Positions 25,369 through 39,290 of a stretch of DNA of 64,000 nt are shown here, in pieces. The stretch is from Mobula birostris (Eukaryota): assembly GCF_030028105.1 (NCBI RefSeq), contig NC_092370.1:86944969-87008968 (forward strand), given 5' to 3'. Within the stretch, counting starts at the first letter, position 1. Each line of letters begins with the position of its first letter. A program made the translations under genes and the position numbers. Under the pieces are notes generated by a model. That model ran no database searches. It was given only the letters and a program-made list of their open reading frames with translations, and had not been told where the DNA came from.

Positions 25369-28300
25369 CAGAATAAGAAGTTTTAGGATGGATGAAGAAA
25401 AAGTTCTTCTGAGGGTCGTGAATCTCAGGTATTCTCTGTCCAGGAGAACATTAGAATCAAATGGTGACTGACAAAAGAATCAAAGGGTATGGGGAGCAAA
25501 TGGGAAAGTAATGTTGAGACTTAGGTTGGATCAGGATCAGCCATGATCTGACTGAATGAACTCCAAAGGTTGATTGACTGACCTATTCATGCTCTTGTTT
25601 TATGCAACCTTATACTGTATAATTCTGGATTCCAGAATTAGTACTGTTTCTGCTGCCTGTCCTATTCCTATTTGTTGTCTATGCACAGACTTATCAAAGA
25701 ACAACTTATAAAATTACATTTGCACTTTTTTGAAGCAAATCACTAATTTATATTCAACTTGAAAGACCAACTTTGCACGGGATAAAGAATCCACAATGGA
25801 TGTGCACAAATGAGTCAAAATGCAAGGCATCTTTCAACTAATTGTGGCCATTACACATAGAATCTGAGAGAAAGATTAACACAGATATACTTGTATTATT
25901 CTTCAATGTTTGGCTTTTCTACCAAATGATGAAGTAAGTTTTTCTCGGTAAAAAATACTCCTTAGCTACAGTACATAACAGCAGAACAGTTTCAGATTAC
26001 ATGCCTAGAATGGTCTGGAGGATACACAGGCTGGAGGAAAGATAATATAATCTGGAAAACAAAGGTTGAATTACAACAATTAAAAATAAATACAGGTCAA
26101 GTTTCACAATGAAATACCAATACACAAATGATATTTCTGTCATGCACCTGCAGAACAGAAATATTATCAAAACAAATCACTGACTAAAATTAAAAGCTAA
26201 CATCTAAAGCAATGAATAATTTCAATTTGGTTTTGTAATATTCATCTGTTGTTACTCACAAAATGTATAGAAAAGTACATTTTGGCATGCAAAACCCTTG
26301 CACAAGTATCATCCCATGGATAACTTTAAAAAATAATGGATATAAACAGTATCTATTTTCCTATAGTCACAAAACTTTATAAAACATCCTCTTCAGTAAA
26401 TACTTGGATTCCCAAAAGGAAAAACAGTAGAATATATCTGCACGTCATCAATCTCCATCTATTGCCTTAAGTTGAAGTTAAAGAACCAAAGAAGTTCATA
26501 AAGTATGCAAGTACTATGTAGGCATCACAGATAGCAAGAAAGAGGTGGGCTGCAAGAGCCCATTTCTGTCCAGTATGATTCTGCGAAATCAAGCTTTCTG
26601 TCATCTTACATGCGGGAGTCAAGGTAGGCAAAAAAGCCAAAGGGGCAGGAGTCTAAAAATTACAGCTCATCCTTCAAATTAGGAAACCAAAGAAATGAGG
26701 GTGGCAGAAACTGGAACTCGTTCGCCATGAATAATCGATGCTGAAGCCCATAGACATAATGTTTAAAGTACGCTCAAAATTCAGCTTTTCAAACTTTAGC
26801 TGTCATTAATTCAGCTTAATTAACTTTAGTTAATTTTAAATTCAAGATTGATTTTCTAAAGAGGCTATGTGGAAGATGGATGTTAACAATCACCAGTGAT
26901 TTCATTGATAAATCAGACACTATGGTCTAAACAGTCCACTCTTAATCATTTGTTCCAGAAATTCATTCAAAGTCAGATCGCATGAAACAAATGTGATTTC
27001 AGGTTTAAGGTGGCTGTCCTCTCTCTCTTTCTCGGGTTAAAAAATAACCCTCAATACTCAAAGTACACAATGCAGTTGACAGAACTCTCAAAAATCTGTA
27101 ACAATTTGTACTAAACTAAGACCTTGTTTAGTATTTTAAAGATTTTAATTTTATTTTATTTAACTTATCACTATAAAATATACCTAATGCTTCAAACAGA
27201 GCAAACAAGGTTTCTTTCATAATCATCCCTCAGGAGTGGCCACTAACAGATACCACTCAACGACCCAAAACTCTGAAATGACCCTGCTTCTCTATCAAAA
27301 TTCACCCAAGACAATGCACATCATTTTTTTAAGTACCAGAGGATAGATGCTATAATCAATGCATGTTTGGGAAAAACGCAACACATGGTGTAAAATATAT
27401 ACAGCTGAAAGATTAAACATTTGATTTTTTTAATGACAAGATAGCACACCTTTTAAATTATAGCTAGCTATAAGCATAACAAACATGCAGTCCATGCCAC
27501 TCAAACATGAGCCCATTACATGCAATAAAACATTAGACTAGCTGGGTATTTCAATAAATAGTTACCACTGGTTAATGCAAATTGCAGAAGTGTAAGCTGT
27601 TAGTTAACACTTTCAGAGTTTTGAATTATCCACTCAATAGCATCCCACCCCTAGAGCAACACAGAAAAGGCATGTCATACAGGGGCATACAAAGTCTGCA
27701 GTATTCTCACCATACAACAAAACATCTTTTTTGTATTAATAGTAGGATAAAAACTAAAATTCTTCATACAGTCCTTTAACGGCAAGTTTTATCTTCACTC
27801 AAGGTATTCAGACAATGTTTATATTCTTTATACAAAGTGTGGCCTTATGAGGGAAAGCTTTACAGATGAGGTTAACATCCACTGGAGTTTACATGAGTGA
27901 AAGAAATATTGATTAAAACATACAAGATCCTGAGAAACCTTCAGAGGATGGATATGGAGAGGATGTTACCTCTTTAGGAGAATCTGAAGTCAGAGTTACT
28001 AAAGGATCAAATATTCAAGAGATATACATAGCCATATGATTTGTTATAGAATTCCATGTATCTTTGAAACTTTTTTTCCTCAAAGGATGGTAGTACATTT
28101 AAGGCAAAGAAAGATTCTTGGCAGGCAAGGGGATTTGAAAAAAAACTACTGGGGATATGAAGGAATGCAGAGTTTAAGTTACAATCAGATTAGCCATAAT
28201 GTTATAGAATTAATTTTTTTACATGTAAAGTAATAATCATCCCTTATCCAAACAAATAAGCTGATTTGAATTCTACTCTCATTTATTCAAACATTCCAAG

Positions 28301-28719
28301 GTGGGTATCAGAATTCAATGTCAAAGGATAATAAAACAAAACTATTTACTGAATCATTAGATTAAGTTGATTCGTTAATTTAATGGTAATGATAGATTTT
28401 AGGATATTTCAATGGATTAGTCTGAGAGACAGTAACAGGTAGAGAAGAAAGTGGTTCATTTTTTAAAGCTTTAGAAGTAGTAGACATGGAAGCCAAGTAG
28501 GTCCCTCAACTTTAAGGACACACAGTAAAATTAAACCAAAATAGGTTAATGCTGATGCATAAAACTGCATAAGTTAGTAGATACAAATATACAACAGCTC
28601 AAGCATAGATAAGATAGGAATGACAGAGTAACAAAATTAGCAAGATTTAACAAGGCAGAGCTTCTTTGGTGAATTCACGAATAAATTTGAGGGCCTGAAA
28701 GCTTAAAAAGTGTAATGTA

Positions 28720-28935
28720 AACTCCAGAGGGTAGTATTGAGGAATGCTGCACTGCCTTTAGTATGAGATGTTAAAACCATTTTCTCTCTCTAAATTGATG
28801 CAAAATATTCAATAAGAGTTCTTCATGGTGTACTGGTTAAAGTAAAAAAAATCTTTATATTACTTTGCAATAGATACACCACAAAAATACTTGATTGGGC
28901 AATGCTTTAGAAATTCCAAAAGATGCGAAAGGCAC
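28720..28935 (+). mobile_element. DeuSINE-like ancient SINE remnant
   Basis: actccag...gtattgaggaatgctgcactg...atgagatgttaaa resembles the Deu-domain SINE as recalled. A related tRNA-like head lies at 46705-46750. Confidence 0.5.
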
Positions 28936-28998
28936 TGGAACAGGAAAAGTCCATTTAGTCCCTTGGGCATGTTTGGTTAAGAAAAATCTGTGAATCTA

Positions 28999-29169
<171 letters not shown>

Positions 29170-30296
29170 TCACATTTTAAAAGAGGAAGTAGGTATATTT
29201 TAAGATCGGGGAATTGAAGGATTTGGATAACTGGTACAGAAGAGATGAAGCCCAAGGCAGATCTGCCATGATTTTATTGAATGGAAGAACAGACTTGAGG
29301 TGGCTAAGTGGCCTATTCCTGTTATATATGTTATTGTATTCAAAATGGCAACATTCTCCAATCCAACAAAAGTGTTGAAAACGAGACTTTTATTGTGATG
29401 GAGAACTTTATTCCCAAATTTGATTCTACTCTGTACACAATTTCTCCCAAACAGTTACTGCTATGTTATATCGTTGTCTTTTAACCTCCTTATCAGCAGG
29501 TAGACAACGTTGCTGGCTGTGTTGATCTGAAAAATCAAAGCCCTTAACTGCTCAAATCCAAATCCACTAATTCACAAAGAAAATCTGGATTGTACACTGA
29601 TTCTAACAACCGATCTTAATTATCGGCAATTATCATGGAATAAACTGGACAGCAATTTTTAGGGTATGTGCTAGTAATTAAATATCAAATTCCAAAATTT
29701 TGGCCAGAGGTATCTTATTCTTCTAGGATATCCTGTAGTGCTGAATCACCAAGAGATTCAACTCTGAAATCTTTATAGTTATGAAGTTGTGGCAATTACC
29801 CATCAAAACCCTACTAAAAGCAACAGAAAAAGACTAGTCATTTAAGTGTCTATGATTTTTTTAAGTGCGATCACCAATAATAAATGGCAAACAATCACTT
29901 TGGTTCTAAAATTTTACAAATATGGTGACTCATTCTTTCACAAATTTCTCACACTTCTTTCAACCCATGATTTCCTTTATCTTGATTTTCTTTCTAGTGC
30001 ACAATTTAAAGCTAATAAATACTTCCTAGTTTCTGTGCCCTATGACTAAGAAATTATGCACTCAGTAAAGTTTCTTGAATCTGATTGGTTTTATGAACCT
30101 CATTGTTGCTTTTCCAAAATATCCAACAGAGGGTGCAGAACAGGATCAAGCATTTCAGGGCCGTTTTCTCTAAATTCGTTAATGTCTCTGAGCAGTTGTC
30201 AGCAGAATGAATAATGATTGCTATTTAGATGTAACTTACAAGACACTGATATTGCATGTAAAACCAAAGACATTATTAAAATCCAAACTCAACTCA

Positions 30297-30389
<93 letters not shown>

Positions 30390-30554
30390 TTAACATTATA
30401 GATTCTCAATCACAAAACCTTCATTTACTTTTAGCACCAAACGTACAGCTTGTGCACAAACAACTAAAAGTTTTGTTCAAACGTGGATACATCTGCTTCA
30501 ACTTTAAAGAATTACTGCTTTAAAAACTATCTAGTGCCAAGACTGGAGTTAATG

Positions 30555-31030
30555 TAGAACATAGAACAGTACAGCACAGGAAAGGACCTTTGGCCATGAT
30601 GTGCTGCACGAGTTAAACCAATGATTTTTACCAACCTAATCCTCCTTTTCCACACGTTGACCATATCTTTCCCTTCTCTCTATATTCATGTGTCAATCTA
30701 AAAGTCTAATAAATGCTCCTACAATATCTGCCCACACCAGCACCTCTGGCAGTGCAGTCCAGGCCCCCACCATTCTGTGTAAATAAAAAAAATTTGCCTT
30801 GCACACCTCCTTTGTACTTTCTTTAAGGATCCACACTGTCTAAAAGGAGTTAGTACCGTCTCCCCATCACTGTGTGGGTTTCCTCCCAAAGTCCAAAGAT
30901 GGACAGGTTGGTAGGTTAATTAGTCATTGTAAATTGGCTAGGGTTAAATCGGGGGTTAATGCGTAACGTAGCTTGAAGGGCCAGAAGTGCCTATTCTGCA
31001 CTGTACCTCAATGAATGAATAATAAATAAT
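30555..31030. mobile_element. CR1 3' tail (-, 30555-30822) abutting a V-SINE-like remnant (+, 30830-31030)
   Basis: tagaacatagaacagtacagcacagg tail; gtgggtttcctcccaaagtccaaagat V-domain-like core. Confidence 0.6.
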
Positions 31031-31647
31031 GTTAGGAAAAACATGTACCAGTACAGTAGCCCATTCATTATAATCCAAGGGCATTACTGCATGAACTCCT
31101 TGGGGAAGGATCCCTGGCAGAATCATCTTCAACTGTTTCATAAATAGCATTACATTACTTGAGGATGGCAATTTTCCCTGAAGATTTTACAATAACAGCT
31201 TCAGGAATAACAAGTCCAATGATATTGAAATAGTCTACAGATGGATTAAGTCAAGGCTAAGCTGAAAAAAATTACTGCTGATGCCCCCACCCTAGCAGTC
31301 ACCTGTTTACCAAACTGCCATCAGGGAGATGCCACAAGTCCATCAACACCAGGACTACATGTCATCTTTGAAGCTTCTTTTCTGTAGCCATCCTGCTTCT
31401 CAACAACTCACTCAGGTGTAATATTCTAACTGTCCCTGCACAACATCTGTTAAATGGTCCTTCCTGCTCTCCTTGTTCTGTTGATCTGTTCACATTTCTT
31501 TAAGTTTGATTGATGTCTGCCCATGTGACCATTCTGCTAATTGTTGATTGCTCATTGCTGTTTGCATTATTGTCTTGTAAAGTGTTGTTCTGTTATGGTA
31601 CTGTCTTGTGCTTTGTGCTTGGCACTGAGCCACAATCAACACTGCTA

Positions 31648-31863
<216 letters not shown>

Positions 31864-34202
31864 CTAACAAAAACATATTATAAAAGATTACCATATGAAT
31901 CAACTCACTGGGGCATTAATTGAGATTCAAGTTCTGTAAAATGTCAAATTCCCTCAATCCAGAATAAAAATGTAATAGAAGCACAGACAGCAAACAACAT
32001 TTGAATTCACACCAGACATTGCAGTCATTTTTAATACATAATAGTAAATGCAATTAAGACAATGTACATATTTTAATACAACATTGCAGCAATGACAGTT
32101 GGAGCAATCTCTGCGAACAATATTGACATTTATAATGCAAAAGAATGCTGGAAATTCTTGCTTTCAGTAGGAAGAAAAATAAAGTTAACTGAGAAACTGT
32201 TCTTTCTGTACAGATCTGCCTAACTTATCAAGAATTTCTAGAAATATGCTCTTATTTTCAGCTTCCATTGCCTGCATTTTTTAAATTGCTTCTCAACTGC
32301 CACATTTAAAATTTGTTTGAAAAGCAGGCTAGGTAGTTTTGATTTTACACCAAGCCAAAAACATTCTAATTATTTTAACTGATCTATGCTACAAGTATAG
32401 AGAAACGTTGCATTTAAGATAAAAGCCTGCAGAAAAAAAACAAAATGCCATGATAGGTGGGTTTAGTTACATGTAAGTTTATACTGAGTGTTATCAATCG
32501 CTCATCATGGAAATCTGACATTTTTGCTCAGATTTTCTTCTATCATTTTTCTCCAAGTTCTCAGCCTTTGCATCCTTTTCATCACCTCCACTGATTTCCC
32601 CTAATCTATTCTCTGGACACACCTTCAAAAAAACTCTGATAGATGAGTTAATACAACTTCCTCTTCATAATAAAATGCACAATTAATATGAGTCTAAGTG
32701 TCTTGATAGCACATCCTTTATTGAGGATCCAGAGTTATGCTAACTACTGATGTCAAGCTAACAGGTAGCTTCCCATTTTCGCTCTGCTTCCTTAAAAAGT
32801 GAGGCTGCATATATTATCCACCAATTTACAAGAAATCATTCCTGGATCTATAGAGTCCTGCAAGAAATCTCAGAGCATCCACCACCTCTGTACACATTTC
32901 TTTCAAAAGTCTGAAGTGCAAATTATCAGTTTCTTGTGACTTACCAGCTTTCAGATTTGTTATCATCTCTAGCAGTACTTCTTTCATTTTCTCATCCAAA
33001 CTGTACCCTTATTTCTTCATCACTTATAATGTTTTTTGTATTTTGTTCACCAAAGGCAAACAATAATAATACTTAATAAATTACCTGTCATTTTCTCATT
33101 TCCTGTTATAAATCCACCATCTATGTAACAGACCCCCATTTCTTGTTGCTACTGTTTTTCTTTTAACTAATACACATTTTTAACATGGATAAAGATATTC
33201 TTATTGTCTTTTTAATAAGTTTACTCTAATGTTTGATTTTCCCCTTCAACTTCATGGCCATACTTTGTCAAATTCTAAAATGTTCTCAGTCTTCAGGATT
33301 TCTACCTTTCCTGGCTACTTTAAGTCTCCAAGATCTAATACCATATTTATTTTCTCTGCAATCTGCAGATGGACCATATTTTCAAATGGAAGGAATTTTT
33401 CTTTTTACAAATGTATTATTTTGTTAAATGCAGACACAAGAAAGACTATATATGCTGGAAATCTGCAGCAACATACAAAATGCTGGAAGAACTCAGTAGG
33501 TCAGGCAGCATCTATGGAGGGAAATGGAGAGTTGATATTTTGGGTGGAGAACCATTATCAGAACATTTTTAAGTGCTAGTCACTCCTTGCCTTTTATCAT
33601 ACCCTTTAATAGTTTGCCAGTCTTTCACAGGCAACCTGTCCTAATGCCTTCATTGTTCTCTGTTCAGATTGAACAAACATTACTTCTAAAATTGATCATT
33701 TTAATTATAATTACTCACCAGGTCTAGAGCAATCCTGTCAGTCCCATTCTCCCCTGTATCCTATTTCAGATTTATTTATTACATGCACATTGACTCATAC
33801 AGTGAAATGCATAGTTTTCTCTCACATGCTTACCTACTTCACCAATTCTACTTTCGTTGATCTACAATAGGAGCAATCTACAGTAGCCAATTAACTTACC
33901 AGCATGTCTTTGTGACAAAGGAGGAAACTGAAGTGTGTGTTCACAGGGAGAACATACAAACTGTACACAGACAGCACCCAAGGTCAGAAACTATGTCATC
34001 CTCAAATGTTAAAACTAATTGAATTGACAGATCATCACTATATCAAACTTTATTGATTTTTTTTTCAGTTTAATATTTACTTCAGAAGGAGCAACTGTGC
34101 CAATTCTCCTAAAGTCTGTACATTCATATAAGTAAACATTTTGTTTTTTAAAACCTCCTATTGATTTTGGACATACAATACAAAAAAAAGGTGTCAGTAT
34201 TA

Positions 34203-34442
<240 letters not shown>

Positions 34443-35557
34443 TTACTGAGATCACCGCACAACATAAAATGATTTGGTCATAGAAGGGTTAATGGCCTCT
34501 TTTTGCATTGCATGATTCAAAGTTTAAAAAAGTTTAAATCTATCATAAAAATCAATAATATTCTAAAATGCATGAACAAGTACTTCTAATTTTTAAAAAC
34601 TCAGGGAAAAAAGATGTAAAATACACTACAGCTTAGAAATCAACTACAAAGATAGCAAGTTGTTTAACTCCAGGAGAAATTGTGATTCTCCTTTCTCTAT
34701 ACCAAAATGTATTCCTCACGAGTTCACAATCAAATCACATTTTCTCCAAACATTTCTACCAAATGAATAGACAATGTTGTGAGCCACATGACTTATTATG
34801 ACAGCACATCACAACAGGGCAAGGTCATGCAGGAATCTGAAAACTAACAAAAAAACATTGTTGGACTGGAAGTCATTATCAGTCACAAAGACAGTGCTAA
34901 TGTCTGTACCGTGCTTTGTGAGAGCTAGAACAAAGATAATGGGATTTTGGTTGAGAGCAATTTCATAGTGGCTAGGAAGTTGGACTAGTCAATTCCTAAA
35001 GTAATCATGGCATGAATGAAGAGTTCAGCATTAGATGAACTGAGAGAGGAATAGAGCCAGGTGAGATTACAGATGTTGAAGCAGGTGTTCTTGGTAATGA
35101 ACCAAATATATCCTCAAAAACACATTTTTAAGTCAAGTATAGTTCCAAACCATCCAATTCAACTAGAACACCAGGCTCCCAAGACAATTGCTTCTGTCTA
35201 CCAAATAATTATCTGCTCTTAAAGTACAAGACATATTGTTTAGTAAATACAACAGATGACCAGAGAAGTGGCAGCAGGTTCCATTTGGATGTCATCAATA
35301 AATGTGACATCATTGCTCCAAAGAGCAGTACATAAAATGAGGAAAAAGTGCTGATCTTCAGATAATGCTGTGCATCTTTTAAGTGTACTTGAGAGAGAAC
35401 TGAAACTCAATGAAATATCTGCATCTCAATATGCATTTCATGTGTCAGTCCTGAATATGAGCAGAAATCTCATGTGGAATTTGAGCTAGTAACTTTTGAA
35501 GCAAGAATAAGCCAGGGCTAAATACAAAGTGGCTGAGATTCTAAGTTTGGATAAGAG

Positions 35558-36146
35558 TGTAACTGTCTCGGAGACATGTTTCATTGCGATGTTTAGTTTA
35601 TATGTTTTTGTCATAAATTTATGACTTTTTAAAAATCTTAAAATAATGTTTGATTAAAAATTTTGTGCTTTTTATGTAAGGTGTTATTTAATGTAGAGTG
35701 TAATGGGTCACATGACCAGAGTTTACTAAGAGCATGACTGTAGCATTATGGGTCAGAACCAATATGGAAGCAGAGAAAGACACATGGCCCTAAAATAACC
35801 TTATTCTGCATGTGGTCCAAGAGGCGCACATGGTAATTGTTTTTATTTGTTTTATATTGTGTATAATGTTGTTGACCTGCCTTTATATGGACAGTGATAA
35901 GTTTTTAGTGACTTTATTTGATTTCAGCACACTTCTGTTGTGCTGACGTGTTTTGGGCCTGTTTACCGGCAGACACTAGCTTGAGAGACTTTAAAAGACT
36001 GAGATGTATGTTTCAAACTTTTTATGTCTTTTATTTTCTTGTAGTTTTCAGTGTCTGCTGAAGAAAGAGAGAGAGATATAAAAATAAATCTTCAAGGACA
36101 TCTGTATGATGCATGGCCATTATTTCATTGGACCAGTATAGTTACA
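35558..36146 (+). mobile_element. Solo LTR (589 bp) in PRELID3A intron 1
   Basis: TGTAAC...GTTACA termini, perfect 5-bp TSD aagag (35553-35557, 36147-36151), AATAAA at 36083-36088. Confidence 0.8.
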
Positions 36147-36839
36147 AAGAGGTAGATATTTTGCCTCAACTGCAGCCCAAATCTATTTTCCAAACATAAG
36201 GTTTATTATTGTAGATATTTCCCAGATGAATTAGTTGCAGCTGGGAAAGAGACACATTGCAATTAATTTGCCTTTCAAATCAAGCTGTCATTTTCCTATC
36301 ACTCCAGCTTATGACAAATTATTGTTCAGCTCTTTGTCAAGGCAGATCCTTTTATATCATGTAATACACTTTAATATATGATTAGTTTATCATATACCAT
36401 AAGGCGCAGTGAGATTCATTATCTGCATGAAGCTCAAAGAAGTCATGGCTATAATAAATGCAACAACTACAACGAGGAGCATAAAACTACAAATGGCACA
36501 AAGATTTGAGTGCAAATTAGATGTTAAACAGAAGGAAAATGGTCAGTTTTGAGGTGAACATAACTGTGGTAAAGATGAATAACGTTCGCCTCATAGCCAA
36601 AGCCTGCATACCCCGACCTACACCAGCTTAATCAGTAGGGCAAGCTATCTCTTCGACGAGTCCACAGCAAAGTAAGGGTAAGGGACAACAGGCGCTGGAA
36701 TCGGGTAGACTCAAAGCGGGTCGATTAGCCTGTGTGGAGACAGAGTATGAAAGTTGACGGTTCGGGTTGAGACCCTGCATCAGTCCTTTTGCCTCTCAAA
36801 TGCTGCCTGACACGCTCCTCTTACATCAAGGTGAGTACC

Positions 36840-37300
36840 GGACGTTTGCACCTCTGCCCGAGACCACGGCAGAATCCAGGACATCACCCTAACCCCCTCT
36901 CCCCACTTTCGGAGAGGCCGGGCCACCCCCCTCCACCTCCAGCCAGTTACTCGCGGGCCGACGGATCACCTGAACAAATGCTCCGAGCTCCAGACCCTCA
37001 TGTCGTCGTTCTGCGGCACCGGCAGCTGCAGCAGCGGCCGCTGCGTCCGCCAACAGCCCTCAGTGACCGGCCCGGTCGCCGACAGACTCGGCGGCTTCCG
37101 TGACTACAAACGGCCAGTTAACCGGCGCCGGGCTCGAGCTGCGGCTCCGCTCCGGAGGAGATGGGTTCAGCCGCTGCCATCCGTGGGAGCGAGCACCAGG
37201 GTGCGCTCCCGCCCGTCGCTCCGCCTCCAGGGCAGACGTGCATGACAACCTTTACGCGACGCCCATAGAACGTCCACTCCCTACAGTTTTCATCCACCGT
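36840..37300 (-). promoter_or_regulatory. CpG island over PRELID3A exon 1 and proximal promoter
   Basis: Dense CpG/GC sequence in an AT-rich, CpG-depleted background; GC box ccgccc near 37210. Confidence 0.8.
36970..37001 (-). CDS. PRELID3A: PRELID3A exon 1 coding part (32 nt)
   Basis: ATG..MRVWSSEHLF(S)|gtgatc, compared with vertebrate MKIWSSEHVF. The six exons total 579 nt (192 aa plus stop). Adjacency to AFG3L2 supports 3A over 3B. Confidence 0.92.
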
Positions 37301-38440
37301 TAAAGCTCTCTGCTTCTTTCTTTCAACCAGCTCCCCTCCTCGGATTAATCGTCATATTCAACCATTTCTCTTTCGACGCTTCCCATTTTCTCCAAATTAA
37401 ATGCGTAGCCAGGGGCCCTTGCTATATCTGCATTTTCGTAGGCTACGTAGAACAGTCCATGTTCCAAGCCTAAAATGTTAACGCCCCCCACCTTTTTCAG
37501 CGCTACATCAGCGCTGCTTCCTGTACCCCATGCTGAGCCCGCCTATCTCATCAATTTTACTTTGAACTTCCACCCCGCCCTCAAATTTACTTGGTCCACC
37601 TCTCACACTGCTCTCGAGCTCTCTGTCTCTGTCTCCATCTCTGGTTACAGACTTGTTTTAAAAATCTACTGACTCTCACGGCTATCTTGACTATTCCTCT
37701 TTCCCATTCCGGCACTTGAAAAAAAATGGTTCTTCCTTCTCTCAATTCCTCCGCCTCTACCGCATGTGTTCTTAGGATGAGGTTTTCCATTCCAGGACAT
37801 CCGAGGTGGCCTCTTTCTTTCAAAGGACGTGGTCTCCCTTCTACCACTGTCGATGTTGCCCTCACCCACATCTCCATTTCCGGCACATCTGCTCTCACCA
37901 CATCTTCCAGCCACCATATTAGAGATAGTTCCCCTCCCCTTTACCTACCACCCCACGAATCGACGCATCCAGTACATCATTCTTCATTATTTCCGCCAGC
38001 TCCAACAACACACCTTTCCCTTCCACCCAACCTCTCCCCCACCCCTTTCCGCAGGAATCGCTCTCTACTTTTACCTGTGACGAATGCCACACCTGTCCCT
38101 ACACCTCCTCCTTCATGACTATTCAGAGCCCCAGACAGTCCTTCCAGGTGAGCGACGCTTCACCTGTGAGTATGCCGGGGTTCCTGGTGTGTCCTCCTCT
38201 AAATCGGTGAGACCCGGTACAGATTAGGAGACCGCTTTATCCGCCGCAAAAGGCAGGAACTCCCGGTGACCATCTCCTACCTTCTTACTTCATCCCTTCA
38301 CCTGGTCTCACCTATCACCTGCCAGCTTGCACTCCTTCCCCTCCACGCATTTTCTTACTCTGGTTTCTGCCCTCTTCCTTTTCAGTCCTGATGAAGGGTT
38401 TGAAGGGTCTCAGTCCGAAACGTCGGCTGTTCATTCTCCC
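37301..38440 (+). mobile_element. Degenerate Penelope-like element
   Basis: Colinear with the 10370-12020 PLE (NFHPALKFTWS, DSHGYLDYSS, cagtccttccaggtgag, terminal repeat). Confidence 0.85.
38383..38429 (+). ncRNA. Hammerhead ribozyme motif with intact boxes and an enlarged stem II region
   Basis: cagtc-CTGATGA-agggtttgaagggtctcagtcc-GAAA-cg-TC-ggctg, with a local tgaagggt duplication. Confidence 0.6.
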
Positions 38441-38459
38441 GACAAATAGTCCCACTCAC

Positions 38460-38560
38460 TGGTAGGTCCGTCAGCCGCATTGTCCCGCCCACAATTTCCC
38501 CTGCTCAGCCAATCGTCTCGTTCCCATAGTCCCGCCCACAGACTTGCCCAGTTTAAAGAC
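38460..38560. promoter_or_regulatory. Promoter-like motif cluster (two GC boxes, one CCAAT)
   Basis: gtcccgcccaca twice (~38483, ~38529) flanking agccaatc (~38508), between two PLE remnants. Confidence 0.5.
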
Positions 38561-38574
38561 ATCCGTGTACGTAC

Positions 38575-39115
38575 CTCCAGGCGGAATATGAGGTGTTGCT
38601 CCTCCAACCCGAATTTGGCCTCACTATGGCAGTAGGGAAGACTATGTACATTTTAAATTTTACTCCCCCTCTCTTTCCATTTTAATTTCTGGTCACCCTC
38701 GCACCCTTCTCTCTATTCATTACCATTCCTCATCATCTTCTCTGATTTCCCTCCACCTTCCCTTTCTTCCATGGTCCACTGTCCTTTCCTATTAGATTCC
38801 TTCTTATTTAACCCTCTACCTCTCTCACCTATCCCCTCTCAGTTTCTTACTTCATTTCCCATCCCCGACCCGTTCACCCTCCCACTTCATCCCCACCCGC
38901 GTTCTCCCTCAGCTGGTCTCACCTATCACCTGCCAGCCTGTACTCCTCTCCCAACCCCACCTTCATATTATGACATCTGTTTTCTTCCATACCAGCCTTG
39001 ATGAAGGGGCTCGGCCAGAAACGTAGATTGTTTATTCCCCTCCATAGATGTTCCATGACTTGCTGAGCTCCCCTGGCATTTTGTGTGTTGCTTAAAATTT
39101 CCAGCATCTGTAGGA
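38575..39115. mobile_element. PLE remnants (short minus piece, then a plus terminal repeat with a hammerhead-like motif at 38993-39030)
   Basis: gaatatgaggtgttgcctcctccaacc; cagcc-TTGATGA-aggggctcggcca-GAAA-cg-TA-gattg; tail ttccagcatctgtagga. Confidence 0.75.
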
Positions 39116-39129
39116 TCTACTGAGTTAAC

Positions 39130-39290
39130 TCTTTTCTCGAGCCGTGGACTCGCACCGAGCCCATCAGCGCGCACCCAAGCCGCTTCGCCACGGCTACGAG
39201 CGCGCATTCTTCCCCCACCCCCACCCCAGCGCATGTTCGCGCCACGCCCAGCCCCGCCTCCGTCTTCGTCCCTAGTGACGGTGGTCAGTG
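39130..39290. promoter_or_regulatory. Small CpG-rich island
   Basis: Many CpGs, gcgcgc/gcgcatg motifs and ccccgcc in unique sequence. Confidence 0.5.

Noticed and set aside
25995-26052. Alternative terminal exon of PRELID3A (ttttccag acceptor, ~19 codons)
   Set aside because: No homology or other support; such acceptors arise by chance in AT-rich introns.
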